Shown here: in pieces, positions 49,287 through 59,405 of the stretch | Layout of the letters: each line of letters begins with the position of its first letter | Position numbering within the stretch: position 1 is the stretch's first letter | Notes under the pieces: model-generated | Databases searched by the model: none | What the model saw: only the letters and a program-made list of their open reading frames with translations | Told to the model about the DNA's origin: nothing | Translations under genes and position numbers: made by a program | NCBI GenBank assembly: GCA_045646345.1 | Contig: JAZRKN010000017.1 | Span: 1-64,000, forward strand | Reading direction: 5' to 3' | DNA length: 64,000 bases | Source of the DNA: Candidatus Scatovivens sp. | Lineage (GTDB): Bacteria; Bacillota; Clostridia; TANB77; CAG-508

Positions 49287-49823
49287 ATGAAAGCTGTTAT
49301 AATATCAGATATACATGGATCTTCTTATTATGCAAATAAAATTCAAGAAATTGTAGAAAAAGAAAATCCAGAAAAAGTAATTTTATTAGGAGATCTTTAT
49401 TATCATGGTCCAAGAAATAATTTGAGTCAAGAATACAATCCAATGAAAGTTGCAGAAGTATTAAATGGAATGAAAGAAAAGTTAATGGTTGTAAAAGGAA
49501 ATTGTGATGCAGAAGTTGATGAAATGATTTCTGAATTTAAATTTGAAGACCATATTTTAACTGAAATAAATGGTAAAAAAATTTATTTTACACATGGACA
49601 TAAATATAATATTGAAGTTATACCATATGATGATTTTGAAATTCTAATTTATGGACATATTCATCAAGGATTTATTGAAGAAAAAGAAGGATATTTATTT
49701 GCAAATCCAGGTTCAATATCTCTACCAAAAGGGGGAACAAGAAATTCTTATTTAGTATTAGATGAAGATGGTTTAACTTTAAAGGATGTGGAAGGAGAAA
49801 TTCTTCAAGAATATAAATTCTAA
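49287..49823 (+). CDS. yfcE: Phosphodiesterase, YfcE family
   Basis: ISDIHGS, LGDLYYHGPRN, KGNCDAEVD, THGH, GHIH, NPGSISLPK. Confidence 0.9.
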   Translation: MKAVIISDIHGSSYYANKIQEIVEKENPEKVILLGDLYYHGPRNNLSQEYNPMKVAEVLNGMKEKLMVVKGNCDAEVDEMISEFKFEDHILTEINGKKIYFTHGHKYNIEVIPYDDFEILIYGHIHQGFIEEKEGYLFANPGSISLPKGGTRNSYLVLDEDGLTLKDVEGEILQEYKF

Positions 49824-49850
49824 CAAAAGATATAAAGTAAAGGAGAAAAT

Positions 49851-50486
49851 ATGGAATATTTATTTACTTTTGTAGAAGGAATTGCAAGTTTTATATCACC
49901 TTGCTTGCTTCCAATGCTTCCAATATACATTTCGTATTTTATGGGAGATGAGGAAAAAAATAAGAAAAAAGCAATTATAAATTCTATCGGATTTGTGCTA
50001 GGATTTACAATTGTATTTTTAGTATTATCTATATTTGCAAGTACAGTAGGTAGTTTAGTAAGCGAGTATATTAAATACATAAAAATTGTATTTGGAATAA
50101 TCATTATAATACTTGGATTTAACTACATGGGAGTTTTAAAACTAAATTTCTTAAATAAAACTAAAGCTGTTAAAGCAGATACTAAAAATTTAAATTTTTT
50201 AAAAACAATGATTTTTGGTATTTTATTTTCAATAAGCTGGACACCATGTATAGGAACGTTTTTAGGTTCAGCATTATTATTAATTGCGAAAGAACAAGAA
50301 TTAATAAAAGGAATTTTACTGATGTTAATATATTCTGTAGGTCTTGGAATTCCATTTATAATTTCAGTAGTATTAATTGAAGAGTTAAAAGAAGTATTTG
50401 ATTTTATAAAGAAAAATTATACTATAATAAAAATGATTTCAGGATTAGTTTTAATTGGAATGGGGATATATACAATATTCTTTTAA
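49851..50486 (+). CDS. ccdA: CcdA/DsbD-type thiol:disulfide membrane electron transporter
   Basis: SFISPCLLPMLP and WTPCIG motifs; six TM helices. Confidence 0.9.
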   Translation: MEYLFTFVEGIASFISPCLLPMLPIYISYFMGDEEKNKKKAIINSIGFVLGFTIVFLVLSIFASTVGSLVSEYIKYIKIVFGIIIIILGFNYMGVLKLNFLNKTKAVKADTKNLNFLKTMIFGILFSISWTPCIGTFLGSALLLIAKEQELIKGILLMLIYSVGLGIPFIISVVLIEELKEVFDFIKKNYTIIKMISGLVLIGMGIYTIFF

Positions 50487-50516
50487 AATTTGATAAAGAA
50501 GATAAAGGAGATAAGT

Positions 50517-51041
50517 ATGGAAGAAAATAAAAATCCAGAGATAAAAAGAACTGAATCAAAGAAGTTTTGGATTTATATAGTTGTATTTGTTATAGTTCTT
50601 GTGGAAGCGGTAAATTTGCTGAATAATTTTAAAGAGCTTTCAGAAGTAAATGTAAAAACAGATTTAAATAATGAAGTAGAAAGTAATACAATTTTTGATG
50701 ATAATTCAGAAGATGAGAATGTAGAAAAAGAAAGCTATGTAAAAGTAGTAACTGAAGAGAATTTTGAAGAAGAGGTTTTAAAATCAGACAAAAAAGTATT
50801 AATTGATTTTTATGCAGATTGGTGTGGACCATGTAAAATGTTATCACCAATTGTTGAAGAAGTAGCAAAAGAAAATCCAGATATAAAAGTTGTAAAAATT
50901 GATGTTGATTTAAATAATGATTTGTCTTATAAATACAAAGCTTATTCAATTCCGACATTAGTTGTTATTGAAAATGGTGAAGAAGTAAATAGAGCTGTTG
51001 GAGCAATTCCAAAGGAAAGTGTTATAGATTTATTAAAGTAA
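50517..51041 (+). CDS. Membrane-anchored thioredoxin
   Basis: N-terminal TM helix; DFYADWCGPCK; SIPTL; start set to ATG 50517 by SD AAGGAG. Confidence 0.9.
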   Translation: MEENKNPEIKRTESKKFWIYIVVFVIVLVEAVNLLNNFKELSEVNVKTDLNNEVESNTIFDDNSEDENVEKESYVKVVTEENFEEEVLKSDKKVLIDFYADWCGPCKMLSPIVEEVAKENPDIKVVKIDVDLNNDLSYKYKAYSIPTLVVIENGEEVNRAVGAIPKESVIDLLK

Positions 51042-51053
51042 AAGGAGAAAAGC

Positions 51054-51956
51054 GTGGCAATACCAGAATTTTTAATAGAGAAATTAGAAGCTCAGTATGG
51101 AACTGAATTAAAAGAAAAAATACTTGAAGGCTATTCAAAAAAAAGAAAAGTGACTTTTAGAGTAAATACATTAAAAGCAACTGTAGAAGAAATAGAAAAT
51201 ATATTAAAAGATAATAATATAGAATTTGAAAAGTTAAGTTGGAGTAATGAGGCTTTTATAATTGAAAATGTTCGTGAAGAAGAAATTCAAAATTTAGAGA
51301 TTTATGAACAAGGAAAGATATATCTTCAAAGTTTATCTTCTATGCTTCCGCCAATTATATTAAAACCAGAAGAGGGAAAAGATATATTAGATATGGCTGC
51401 AGCTCCTGGAGGAAAAACAACTCAGATGGCAGCTCTTTCAAATAATAAAGCACATATAACAGCTTGTGAGATGAATAATATAAGAATAGAAAAATTAAAA
51501 TATAATGTTCAAAAACAAGGTGCTTCATGTGTTTATGTTATGCAAAAAGATTCTAGACAAATTGATGATTTCTTTGCTTTTGATCAAATTTTATTAGATA
51601 GTCCTTGTAGTGGAAGTGGAACTTTAGAAACAGAAAATATAAATAACGAAAAATATTTCACTCCAAAACTTGTTGAAAAATCAACAAAAGCGCAATATGC
51701 ATTATTAAAAAAAGCATTAAGAATTTTAAAAGCAGGACATGAAATGGTTTATTCGACTTGTTCAATTTTAAAAGAAGAGAATGAAGAAATTGTTAGAAAA
51801 ATTTTGAAAGAAACAAATGCAGAAATTGTTCCAATAGAGTCTGAATTACTGGAATGCTTACCAATATTACCTGTTGATTTAAAAGGTACTTTATGTGTTA
51901 TGCCAACAGAGAAATATGAAGGTTTTTATATAGCAAAAATAAGAAAAATAAAATAA
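51054..51956 (+). CDS. RsmB/NOP family m5C RNA methyltransferase
   Basis: RVNTLK, LDMAAAPGGKT, DSPCSGSG, YSTCS...ENE. Confidence 0.92.
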   Translation: MAIPEFLIEKLEAQYGTELKEKILEGYSKKRKVTFRVNTLKATVEEIENILKDNNIEFEKLSWSNEAFIIENVREEEIQNLEIYEQGKIYLQSLSSMLPPIILKPEEGKDILDMAAAPGGKTTQMAALSNNKAHITACEMNNIRIEKLKYNVQKQGASCVYVMQKDSRQIDDFFAFDQILLDSPCSGSGTLETENINNEKYFTPKLVEKSTKAQYALLKKALRILKAGHEMVYSTCSILKEENEEIVRKILKETNAEIVPIESELLECLPILPVDLKGTLCVMPTEKYEGFYIAKIRKIK

Positions 51957-51970
51957 TTTAAATAAAAAAT

Positions 51971-52004
51971 AAAAAGAATTATAGAGAAATCTATAATTCT
52001 TTTT
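51971..52004. terminator. Bidirectional terminator
   Basis: AAAAAGAATTATAGA-gaaa-TCTATAATTCTTTTT. Confidence 0.8.
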
Positions 52005-52011
52005 GTTTTTA

Positions 52012-52959
52012 TTATTTTGATTTATAGTACATTCCTTGATAAAGCCCTTTTTCATTTAAAAGTTTATCTAGTCCATTCATAATCCATTTTTTATGTGAGT
52101 TCCATTCTGGTGCTAGAAGTAAATCTTTTGGAGCATCACCAGAGATTTTATGGATTATAACTTTGGGATTTATATGAGTTAAAATATAGCTTGCTGCATC
52201 TAAATAATACTCTAATGTAATTGGCGTATATGTTTTTTCTTTATACATATCAGCTAAAACAGTGTTATCTACAACATAGCAAGAATGTATTTTTAGACCT
52301 TGAATATTATGAGAATTTAAAAAGTCTACGGTATTTTTTATGTCTTCAAATGTTTCGGTTGGAAGACCTACCATAATGTGAGTAACAACGTCTATATTAT
52401 ATTTGTTTAAAATTTTAACGGCTTTTGAAAATTCTTCTGAAGAATATCCTCGGTTGATTAATTTTCCGGTTTCATTATTTGCTGTTTGAAGACCAAGTTC
52501 TACCCAAACAGCTACTTTTGATTTATAAGAAGCAATAAGTTTTGCTACATTTTCATCAATGCAATCAGGGCGAGTTGCTATAGCAAGAGCAACAATTCTA
52601 TCATCAATAAAGATAGAATCATAACGAGCTTTTAAATTTTCTAAAGAATCATAAGTGTTAGTGAAGTTTTGAAAATAAGCAATAAATTTATTAGCACGTT
52701 CTCCACGATAACTGCTTAAATGATTTTTGATTTGCGCTTGAATACTATCTACAATAGAATCAATGTTTTTTGATTGATTTTCAAGTGGTTTTAAATGTTC
52801 ACCAGATCCTTTTTCACTACAAAAAATGCATCCGCCACAAGAAACTTTGCCATCTCTATTTGGACAAGTGAATCCGGCATCAATGCATATTTTTAAAGTT
52901 CTTTCCCCAAACTTTTCTTTCAAATATTTATTTAAGTGATTATATCTTTCTTTTTCCAT
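52012..52959 (-). CDS. TIGR01212/YhcC-family radical SAM protein
   Basis: GFTCPNRDG....GGCIFC, YFQNFTNTY, TRPDC, VELGLQT, GLKIH; start set to ATG 52959. Confidence 0.92.
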   Translation of the reverse strand: MEKERYNHLNKYLKEKFGERTLKICIDAGFTCPNRDGKVSCGGCIFCSEKGSGEHLKPLENQSKNIDSIVDSIQAQIKNHLSSYRGERANKFIAYFQNFTNTYDSLENLKARYDSIFIDDRIVALAIATRPDCIDENVAKLIASYKSKVAVWVELGLQTANNETGKLINRGYSSEEFSKAVKILNKYNIDVVTHIMVGLPTETFEDIKNTVDFLNSHNIQGLKIHSCYVVDNTVLADMYKEKTYTPITLEYYLDAASYILTHINPKVIIHKISGDAPKDLLLAPEWNSHKKWIMNGLDKLLNEKGLYQGMYYKSK

Positions 52960-53089
52960 AACAATATAAGTATAGCAAAATATTAGCAAATTTTCAAATT
53001 ATCTTTATATATAGGAGATATAAGCTCTTTATTTTACCAGAAAAATATTGTATAATGGCTTAGAAGTTTAAATAAAATGGGAAATAAAA

Positions 53090-54994
53090 ATGAATTTTAG
53101 AATTACAAATGGCTCTATTAGTTTTGGAGCAGAAACAATTTTAGAAGAAATTAATTTTGAAGTAAAAGGGAAACAAAAAATTGCAATAGTAGGTCGTAAT
53201 GGTGCAGGAAAATCTACTTTATTAAAGGCAATTATTGATAACGAACTTTTATCTGAAGGAATTGGTGAAGATAAATTTAATATTTACAAAGAAGGATGTC
53301 CTGTTATTGGTTATTTAAAACAAATTGATTTTGAAGATGATTCAATAACTATGCTTGATGAAGTTTTAAAAGTTTATAAAGAACAACTTGAAGTAGAAGC
53401 AAAACTTGAAAAATTATTAGAGCAAATGCAAATTGATTCTTCAGAAAATTTGGCAAAAGAGTATTCAAAAACAAGAGATAGATATGAATTTTTAGATGGA
53501 TATACTTATAAAAAAGAGTACGAAACTGCAATATATAAATTTGGCTTTTCAAAAGAAGATATGCATAAAAAATTAAATGAATTTTCTGGAGGCCAAAGAA
53601 CAAAGATTGCTTTCATAAAATTACTTTTAAGTAAGCCAGATATATTACTTTTGGACGAACCAACAAATCATTTGGATATTACAACAATAGAATGGTTAGA
53701 GGGATATCTTAAAAATTATCCAAAAGCAGTTGTTATAGTGTCACACGATAGAATGTTTTTGAACAAAATTGTAGAAAAAATATATGAAATAGAATTTGGA
53801 ACAATTACAGAATATTCAGGAAATTATGATTTTTTTGAAAAACAAAAAAGAGTAAATTATGAAAGACAATTAAAAGATTATGAGTTTCAACAAAAAGAAA
53901 TAAAAAGATTAACAGCTATTGTAGATAAATTTAGATATAAAGCGACAAAAGCAAGAATGGCACAATCTAAATTAAAACAAATAGAAAGAATGGTAAAACT
54001 CGAAGAACCAAATAAATATGATTTAAAATCTTTTAAAACTAATTTTGAACTTGAAAAAGAAAGTGGAAATAATGTATTAGCTGTAGATAATTTAGAAATA
54101 GGATATAAAGATGCATTATCTAAAGTTTCATTTAAATTATATAAGGGTGAAAAATTAGGAATAATAGGAAGTAATGGTACAGGGAAATCTACTTTATTAA
54201 AAACACTTGTAGGTAATTTAGAAAAGATATCAGGTGATTTTGAATTTGGACACAATGTAAAGGTTGGTTATTTTGATCAACAATTAGCACAACTTAATTC
54301 TGATAAAACTGTTTTTGATGAGTTTTATGAAGAATTTCCAAAATTAACAGTAACAGAAGTTAGAAATTCTTTAGCAGCATTTATGTTTTATGGAGAAGAT
54401 GTTTTCAAAAAAATAAGTATGTTATCTGGAGGAGAAAAGGTAAGACTAACACTTTGTAAAATACTAAAGACAGGACCTAATTTACTTATTCTAGATGAGC
54501 CTACAAACCATATGGACATTATTGGAAAAGAATCACTAGAAAATATGCTTTCTGAATATAAAGGGACTTTAATATTTGTTTCTCATGATAGATTTTTTGT
54601 GAAAAAATTAGCAAATAAGATATTAGCATTTGATAAAAATAAAACTAAATTTTATGATTGTAGTTATGAAGAATATTTAGAGAAAAAAGCTCAAGAAGTA
54701 GATGTTATAGAAGAAAAATATGAGAAAAAAGAAAAGAAAACATATATTAATCCTTTAAAAGAAAAAGATAAAACAGAAAGAAAAATTAAAAAATTGGAAG
54801 AAGAAATTTCTAAGAAAGAAGAAATGATTCAAAATCTAAAAATGGAATTAACAAAAGAAGAAGTGTATTCAGATTATGTAAAAGTAGGAGAAATTCAAGA
54901 TAAAATAGATGAATTAAATATAGAACTTGAAAAATGTATGCAAGATTGGGAAGTTCTTTTAGAAGAATTAGAGAATATTAAACAATATATATAA
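53090..54994 (+). CDS. ABC-F family ATP-binding protein
   Basis: Two ABC domains (GRNGAGKST, FSGGQ, LDEPTNHLD; GSNGTGKST, LSGGE, LDEPTNHMD), no TM helices, C-terminal coiled coil. Confidence 0.95.
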   Translation: MNFRITNGSISFGAETILEEINFEVKGKQKIAIVGRNGAGKSTLLKAIIDNELLSEGIGEDKFNIYKEGCPVIGYLKQIDFEDDSITMLDEVLKVYKEQLEVEAKLEKLLEQMQIDSSENLAKEYSKTRDRYEFLDGYTYKKEYETAIYKFGFSKEDMHKKLNEFSGGQRTKIAFIKLLLSKPDILLLDEPTNHLDITTIEWLEGYLKNYPKAVVIVSHDRMFLNKIVEKIYEIEFGTITEYSGNYDFFEKQKRVNYERQLKDYEFQQKEIKRLTAIVDKFRYKATKARMAQSKLKQIERMVKLEEPNKYDLKSFKTNFELEKESGNNVLAVDNLEIGYKDALSKVSFKLYKGEKLGIIGSNGTGKSTLLKTLVGNLEKISGDFEFGHNVKVGYFDQQLAQLNSDKTVFDEFYEEFPKLTVTEVRNSLAAFMFYGEDVFKKISMLSGGEKVRLTLCKILKTGPNLLILDEPTNHMDIIGKESLENMLSEYKGTLIFVSHDRFFVKKLANKILAFDKNKTKFYDCSYEEYLEKKAQEVDVIEEKYEKKEKKTYINPLKEKDKTERKIKKLEEEISKKEEMIQNLKMELTKEEVYSDYVKVGEIQDKIDELNIELEKCMQDWEVLLEELENIKQYI

Positions 54995-54996
54995 TG

Positions 54997-55039
54997 AATA
55001 TCAGTATTTATATAAAAATATAAATACTGATATTTTTTT
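54997..55039 (+). terminator. Terminator
   Basis: AATATCAGTATTTATA-taaaaa-TATAAATACTGATATT followed by a T-run. Confidence 0.75.
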
Positions 55040-55155
55040 GAAAAAAACTTGATTTGACACATTAATGTAAAACAAAAATAATCTATTTGAAATAGAGTTT
55101 TGAAATAAAGATAGATATAATATAATAGTAAAATTAGATTATAATGAGGTATATT

Positions 55156-58100
55156 ATGAGCGAAATAAATGCAAGTGTCGAATTTAATTTGTTGAATCAT
55201 CAAGATAAAGCTGTTTCAGGAGTGGATTCTATCTACTCTGAAGGCAATAGATTTGCTGGTGTAAAATTACCTACTGGTGGTGGAAAATCATTTGTTGCAA
55301 TGATGGAAATTCTAAAAGCGGCAGGTAACGATTTTTCAAGTAAAACAAATGATGGAATTGTAAATGATGCATCAATTATTTATGTTGCACCAACAAATGA
55401 AATACTATTTCAAATTCAATCAAATATAGCAGAATTTATATTAAAAAAAGATGTAGATAAAATGGAAAGAAGTGAAATAATTGAAACTGTTAGAAAAGCG
55501 TTTCCAAATTTATCTTTAAAATGTTATGCCACATTATTAAGTGAAAGTAAAAAGGGAGAACTAGAAGTACAAGATCCAGATTTTATTATATTGGACGAAG
55601 CACATAGGTCAGGAGCTAGTGGTTGGCAACAAGCTGTTGCTGAATTAGTTGGATGTAAGATTGACAATGGCGAACCTGTTTTTGATTCAACTTCGACTAA
55701 AAAAAGTAAAGTATTAGCAATTTCAGCTACACCTGAAAGAGATGTTGACGGTAAAAATATGATGGACTTATGGGCAGCTGCTTTAGATAATTTAACTCCA
55801 GAACAAATAAAAGCCAAAGAACATATTGGAATGGATTTAGATTTAGATACAGCTGTAAGAGAAGGTATAGTTGTTCAACCAGAAGTAATTCACTTTGATG
55901 CGAATCTAGTAACATCTCCAGAATACAAAAGATTAGTTGAATTACATGCTTCTGCCACTGGAAAATTAAAGGATTCTTTAAGAAAAAGATTAGATAAAGT
56001 AAATACTGAAGTTATAGGTATTCCAAATTACGATACTTTATCTCCTCAAGAACAAGAAAAAGCAATACTTGCAAGAAATATAGAAGTAATGGTGCAAGCT
56101 ATTAAAGATGGAAAAATTCCAGATGCTGGAAAAATGATTTTATTTACTCCGGAAAACAGAGCAAAAGATGGAGAAGAAAAACCAAGTTTCCCAGAATTCT
56201 TTGCTGGTAAAGAAGCGTTTATTAGAGAGATGCTTGAATCTGCTGGACTAGATATTGATGCGCGTTATTTATCTTGCTCTTTAACTGATTCAGAAAATGA
56301 AGTGAATTTAAATGAATTCAATAAACCAGTTGGAGAATTATCTGCTGAAGATAGAAAAAGTGGAAGAACAAATCCAGCTGATTATAAAGTTATAATGGCT
56401 ACAGATAAATTAAATGAAGGTATTCATGCAAAAGGAATTACTAATTCATTTATGTTGAGAAATATGCAAGAAGGAGAGAATACCAATCAAAGAGCTCAAA
56501 CAATAATGTTCTTACAACAAATTGGTAGAACTGTTTTTTCAATATTACCTGGAAAAGATGTAAAAAGACCAGTAATATTTGACTATGCAAACAATTTCTT
56601 TACTCAAAATAGAGACAATCCAAGAAAAGATAAAATAGAAATATTTGAATTAACAGAAACTCAAGCAATGCTTATTAAAGAAGCGAGAGAAGCTACATTA
56701 GAATGCTATAAAGCAACTGCTCCAATTAATCAAAGATTACCAAGATTAATGGATACATTAAGAATATTAAGAGAATATAGATTTGGACCTAATAATGATA
56801 TTGAGTTTAATCTTACATCAGAAAAAATTGGAACAAAGACAACATTAGAAGAATTATTAGAAGTTCAACCATTAGTTGAGAAAAAAGATGAAATTCTTCA
56901 AAGATTGATAGATGAAGGTTTATATACACCTAAAAAAGCATATGTTATCGGAAAAGATTTCTATGATGCTAAAGCTGCATTTTGGAAAGGTACAAAATGC
57001 ATGGAAGAATATAGCTTAGAAGAAATTGTTGCAAGTGGAATTATAGATACAAAATCTGGAGCTGGAATGGCTGAATTGATGGCACATTCTAATAAAGATT
57101 TAGTTGATGTAGAAACAGGATTTATAAAAATGGGTGCTTCTATGAAGTTCAGAAATATGAATATCTATACTGGCACTGAATTTGATATGAATGGTAGAGA
57201 TGTTGATGGATTATATCCTGGACAATTTGACGAAATGGGATATGATGCAGAAGGTTTTGATAGATATGGATTTAATAGTGAAGGAATACATAAAGTAACT
57301 AATACAATACATGATAAGAGAGGTTTCATGGCAAATGGAATCAATATTCAAACTGGAACAGAACTTGATTTATTAGGATATAATAGACAAGAAATAAAAC
57401 CAGTATATGACACTGTTGTAGTGAAAGTTCCAGACTCTGAAGAGAATATTACTAAAAAAGTGTTGGTTGGAGGATGGGATAAAGAAGGATATTGGCATTT
57501 ACCTAATGAAGCTGGAGAATTTGGTTGTAGAGTTTCTAAATATTCAGAAGGTTATGAACCAAGACAAGATGTACATGGATTTGATCCAAAGGGAAAACAT
57601 ATTTCTAGAGGTGGACGTATAGATTGGAGTGGATTCTATAAAGATGGTGTATCAATGTCTGAATATATGGATGATTCCGGAACTATTCATAGAAATCGTA
57701 ATAAAGAAGGAAGAGATATAGACGGATTTGATGAATATGATTTTGATGTTGCAGGAATCCATAGAGATACTGGAACTAGACTTAATAGCGAAGATAGACC
57801 ATTTGGATTATTCACAAAAGCAGCATTGGAAATTAAATCAGGTTTAGATAGACTTTCAGCAGAAATGAAATTTAAAATATTTAAATTACAAGAAGATGGA
57901 ATGTTTAGATTAAAAGGAAAAGATGGAGATGTATTAAGAAAACACAATGTGTATAATTTTAATGCAGAAGGTATAAATGCAATAACAGGATTATATACAG
58001 ACGAATATGGTTTCACAATGGCTGATTACCACATGCTAAAAGATAGACAAAAATCTAATGAATTTGGATTTAAGCCATATGAAGTTCCAAAAAATATTGC

Positions 58101-58674
58101 AGGTGTAAATCCAAGAGAGCTTTATAAAATATCTCGAGTAAAAGGAAGAACATTTAAATGTAATATACTTGGAACTGATGAAAGAGGTATGACAGTAGAT
58201 GGCGAAAAACATCCTGCACTTCAATTTACAGCTGAATATATAGAAAAATGTGTTAAATCAGGAATGAGCAAAGAAGAATTTATGACTCAATATGCGATTG
58301 AACATAAAATGTTGGTTCCAGAAGTAAAAAGATTAGCAAAAACATCTTTTGTACAAGCGGTAACATTATATAGAATATGTCCAGAATTACAAAAAACAAG
58401 CGAAGTTGCAAAAGACTTTTACAGTGCAGAACCATCAAGGGTTCAAGCTTTTATAAAAGGTTGTCCAGGATTACAACTTACTATAAAAAGAGATATAGCA
58501 GGATACGTAAAAGAGCTAGACAGAATAAAAGGTGAACAAGAAAAACAAGCACAAATTACAAATCCAAGAGAAGTAGAAAGTGCAAAAGCAAGAATTGAAT
58601 CATTAAAGAAACAAAATCATGCAGTAAGGCAAAAAATAGAAAAACTTAAAGATATTCCAGGTATGGAATTATAA
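55156..58674 (+). CDS. SF2 (DEAH/ResIII-like) helicase with C-terminal G[FY][DN]xx repeat region
   Basis: LLNHQ, LPTGGGKS, YVAPT, LDEAHR, SATPER, KLNEGI, QQIGR; repeats such as GYDAEGFDRYGFNSEG; start set to ATG 55156 by SD GAGGT. Confidence 0.85.
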   Translation: MSEINASVEFNLLNHQDKAVSGVDSIYSEGNRFAGVKLPTGGGKSFVAMMEILKAAGNDFSSKTNDGIVNDASIIYVAPTNEILFQIQSNIAEFILKKDVDKMERSEIIETVRKAFPNLSLKCYATLLSESKKGELEVQDPDFIILDEAHRSGASGWQQAVAELVGCKIDNGEPVFDSTSTKKSKVLAISATPERDVDGKNMMDLWAAALDNLTPEQIKAKEHIGMDLDLDTAVREGIVVQPEVIHFDANLVTSPEYKRLVELHASATGKLKDSLRKRLDKVNTEVIGIPNYDTLSPQEQEKAILARNIEVMVQAIKDGKIPDAGKMILFTPENRAKDGEEKPSFPEFFAGKEAFIREMLESAGLDIDARYLSCSLTDSENEVNLNEFNKPVGELSAEDRKSGRTNPADYKVIMATDKLNEGIHAKGITNSFMLRNMQEGENTNQRAQTIMFLQQIGRTVFSILPGKDVKRPVIFDYANNFFTQNRDNPRKDKIEIFELTETQAMLIKEAREATLECYKATAPINQRLPRLMDTLRILREYRFGPNNDIEFNLTSEKIGTKTTLEELLEVQPLVEKKDEILQRLIDEGLYTPKKAYVIGKDFYDAKAAFWKGTKCMEEYSLEEIVASGIIDTKSGAGMAELMAHSNKDLVDVETGFIKMGASMKFRNMNIYTGTEFDMNGRDVDGLYPGQFDEMGYDAEGFDRYGFNSEGIHKVTNTIHDKRGFMANGINIQTGTELDLLGYNRQEIKPVYDTVVVKVPDSEENITKKVLVGGWDKEGYWHLPNEAGEFGCRVSKYSEGYEPRQDVHGFDPKGKHISRGGRIDWSGFYKDGVSMSEYMDDSGTIHRNRNKEGRDIDGFDEYDFDVAGIHRDTGTRLNSEDRPFGLFTKAALEIKSGLDRLSAEMKFKIFKLQEDGMFRLKGKDGDVLRKHNVYNFNAEGINAITGLYTDEYGFTMADYHMLKDRQKSNEFGFKPYEVPKNIAGVNPRELYKISRVKGRTFKCNILGTDERGMTVDGEKHPALQFTAEYIEKCVKSGMSKEEFMTQYAIEHKMLVPEVKRLAKTSFVQAVTLYRICPELQKTSEVAKDFYSAEPSRVQAFIKGCPGLQLTIKRDIAGYVKELDRIKGEQEKQAQITNPREVESAKARIESLKKQNHAVRQKIEKLKDIPGMEL

Positions 58675-58710
58675 AACTGATAAATAATTTTAGAGTATGG
58701 AGAAGATACT

Positions 58711-59265
58711 ATGAAAGAAAACAAAGTAAATGAAATGAAAGATCTAATTGAGGTAAAACAAAGTATTTTTAAAAAATTAAAGAGATTTTTTGAAGATGTG
58801 TTTTCAGGAGAAAAATTTATACAAAAAGATATTAAGATATTAACTTTTGAAGAACAATTATTATCTCCAGAAGAAAGAGAAATTTTTAGAGCAAGATTAG
58901 AAAAAGATAATGAGGATGCTAAATATTATAAACAAGCATTTGAAAATCCTGAAGAATTTTTCGTAAATCTGGATGAAATAGAAGAAGATGTTAGTGAAGA
59001 TGATTCAAATACAGATTCTGCTTCTGATAGTAAAGAAGATTTCTTTTCTAAGTATGAGGGAATAAAAAATGGAACTGAGAATATCGATAATTTAGATATT
59101 ACAGATTTATTAAAAGTTGAGTATTTATTAAGAGAAGAAATTTCAATGAGAAAAACAAATATGGATCCTGAAGAAGTTGCAATGATTGAAAAAGAATTAA
59201 AAGCGTTAGAAGAAGAAAATAGACTTTTAACAGAAGAACTAAAAAAATTAGAAGAAAACAATTAA
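58711..59265 (+). CDS. Acidic hypothetical protein with N-terminal amphipathic helix
   Basis: SD GGAG; DLIEVKQSIFKKLKRFFEDVF; terminator 59272-59302. Confidence 0.75.
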   Translation: MKENKVNEMKDLIEVKQSIFKKLKRFFEDVFSGEKFIQKDIKILTFEEQLLSPEEREIFRARLEKDNEDAKYYKQAFENPEEFFVNLDEIEEDVSEDDSNTDSASDSKEDFFSKYEGIKNGTENIDNLDITDLLKVEYLLREEISMRKTNMDPEEVAMIEKELKALEEENRLLTEELKKLEENN

Positions 59266-59405
59266 CAAAAGAATCGCTAGTATTTTTACTAGCGATTTTT
59301 TTATTTAGATACTTAAATTGTGTTATCTATGTGAAAAATATTGATTTTTAAGAAGAATTGTTATAAGATATTTTCAATAATTTAAAAAGAAGCGAGGAAA
59401 TGAAA

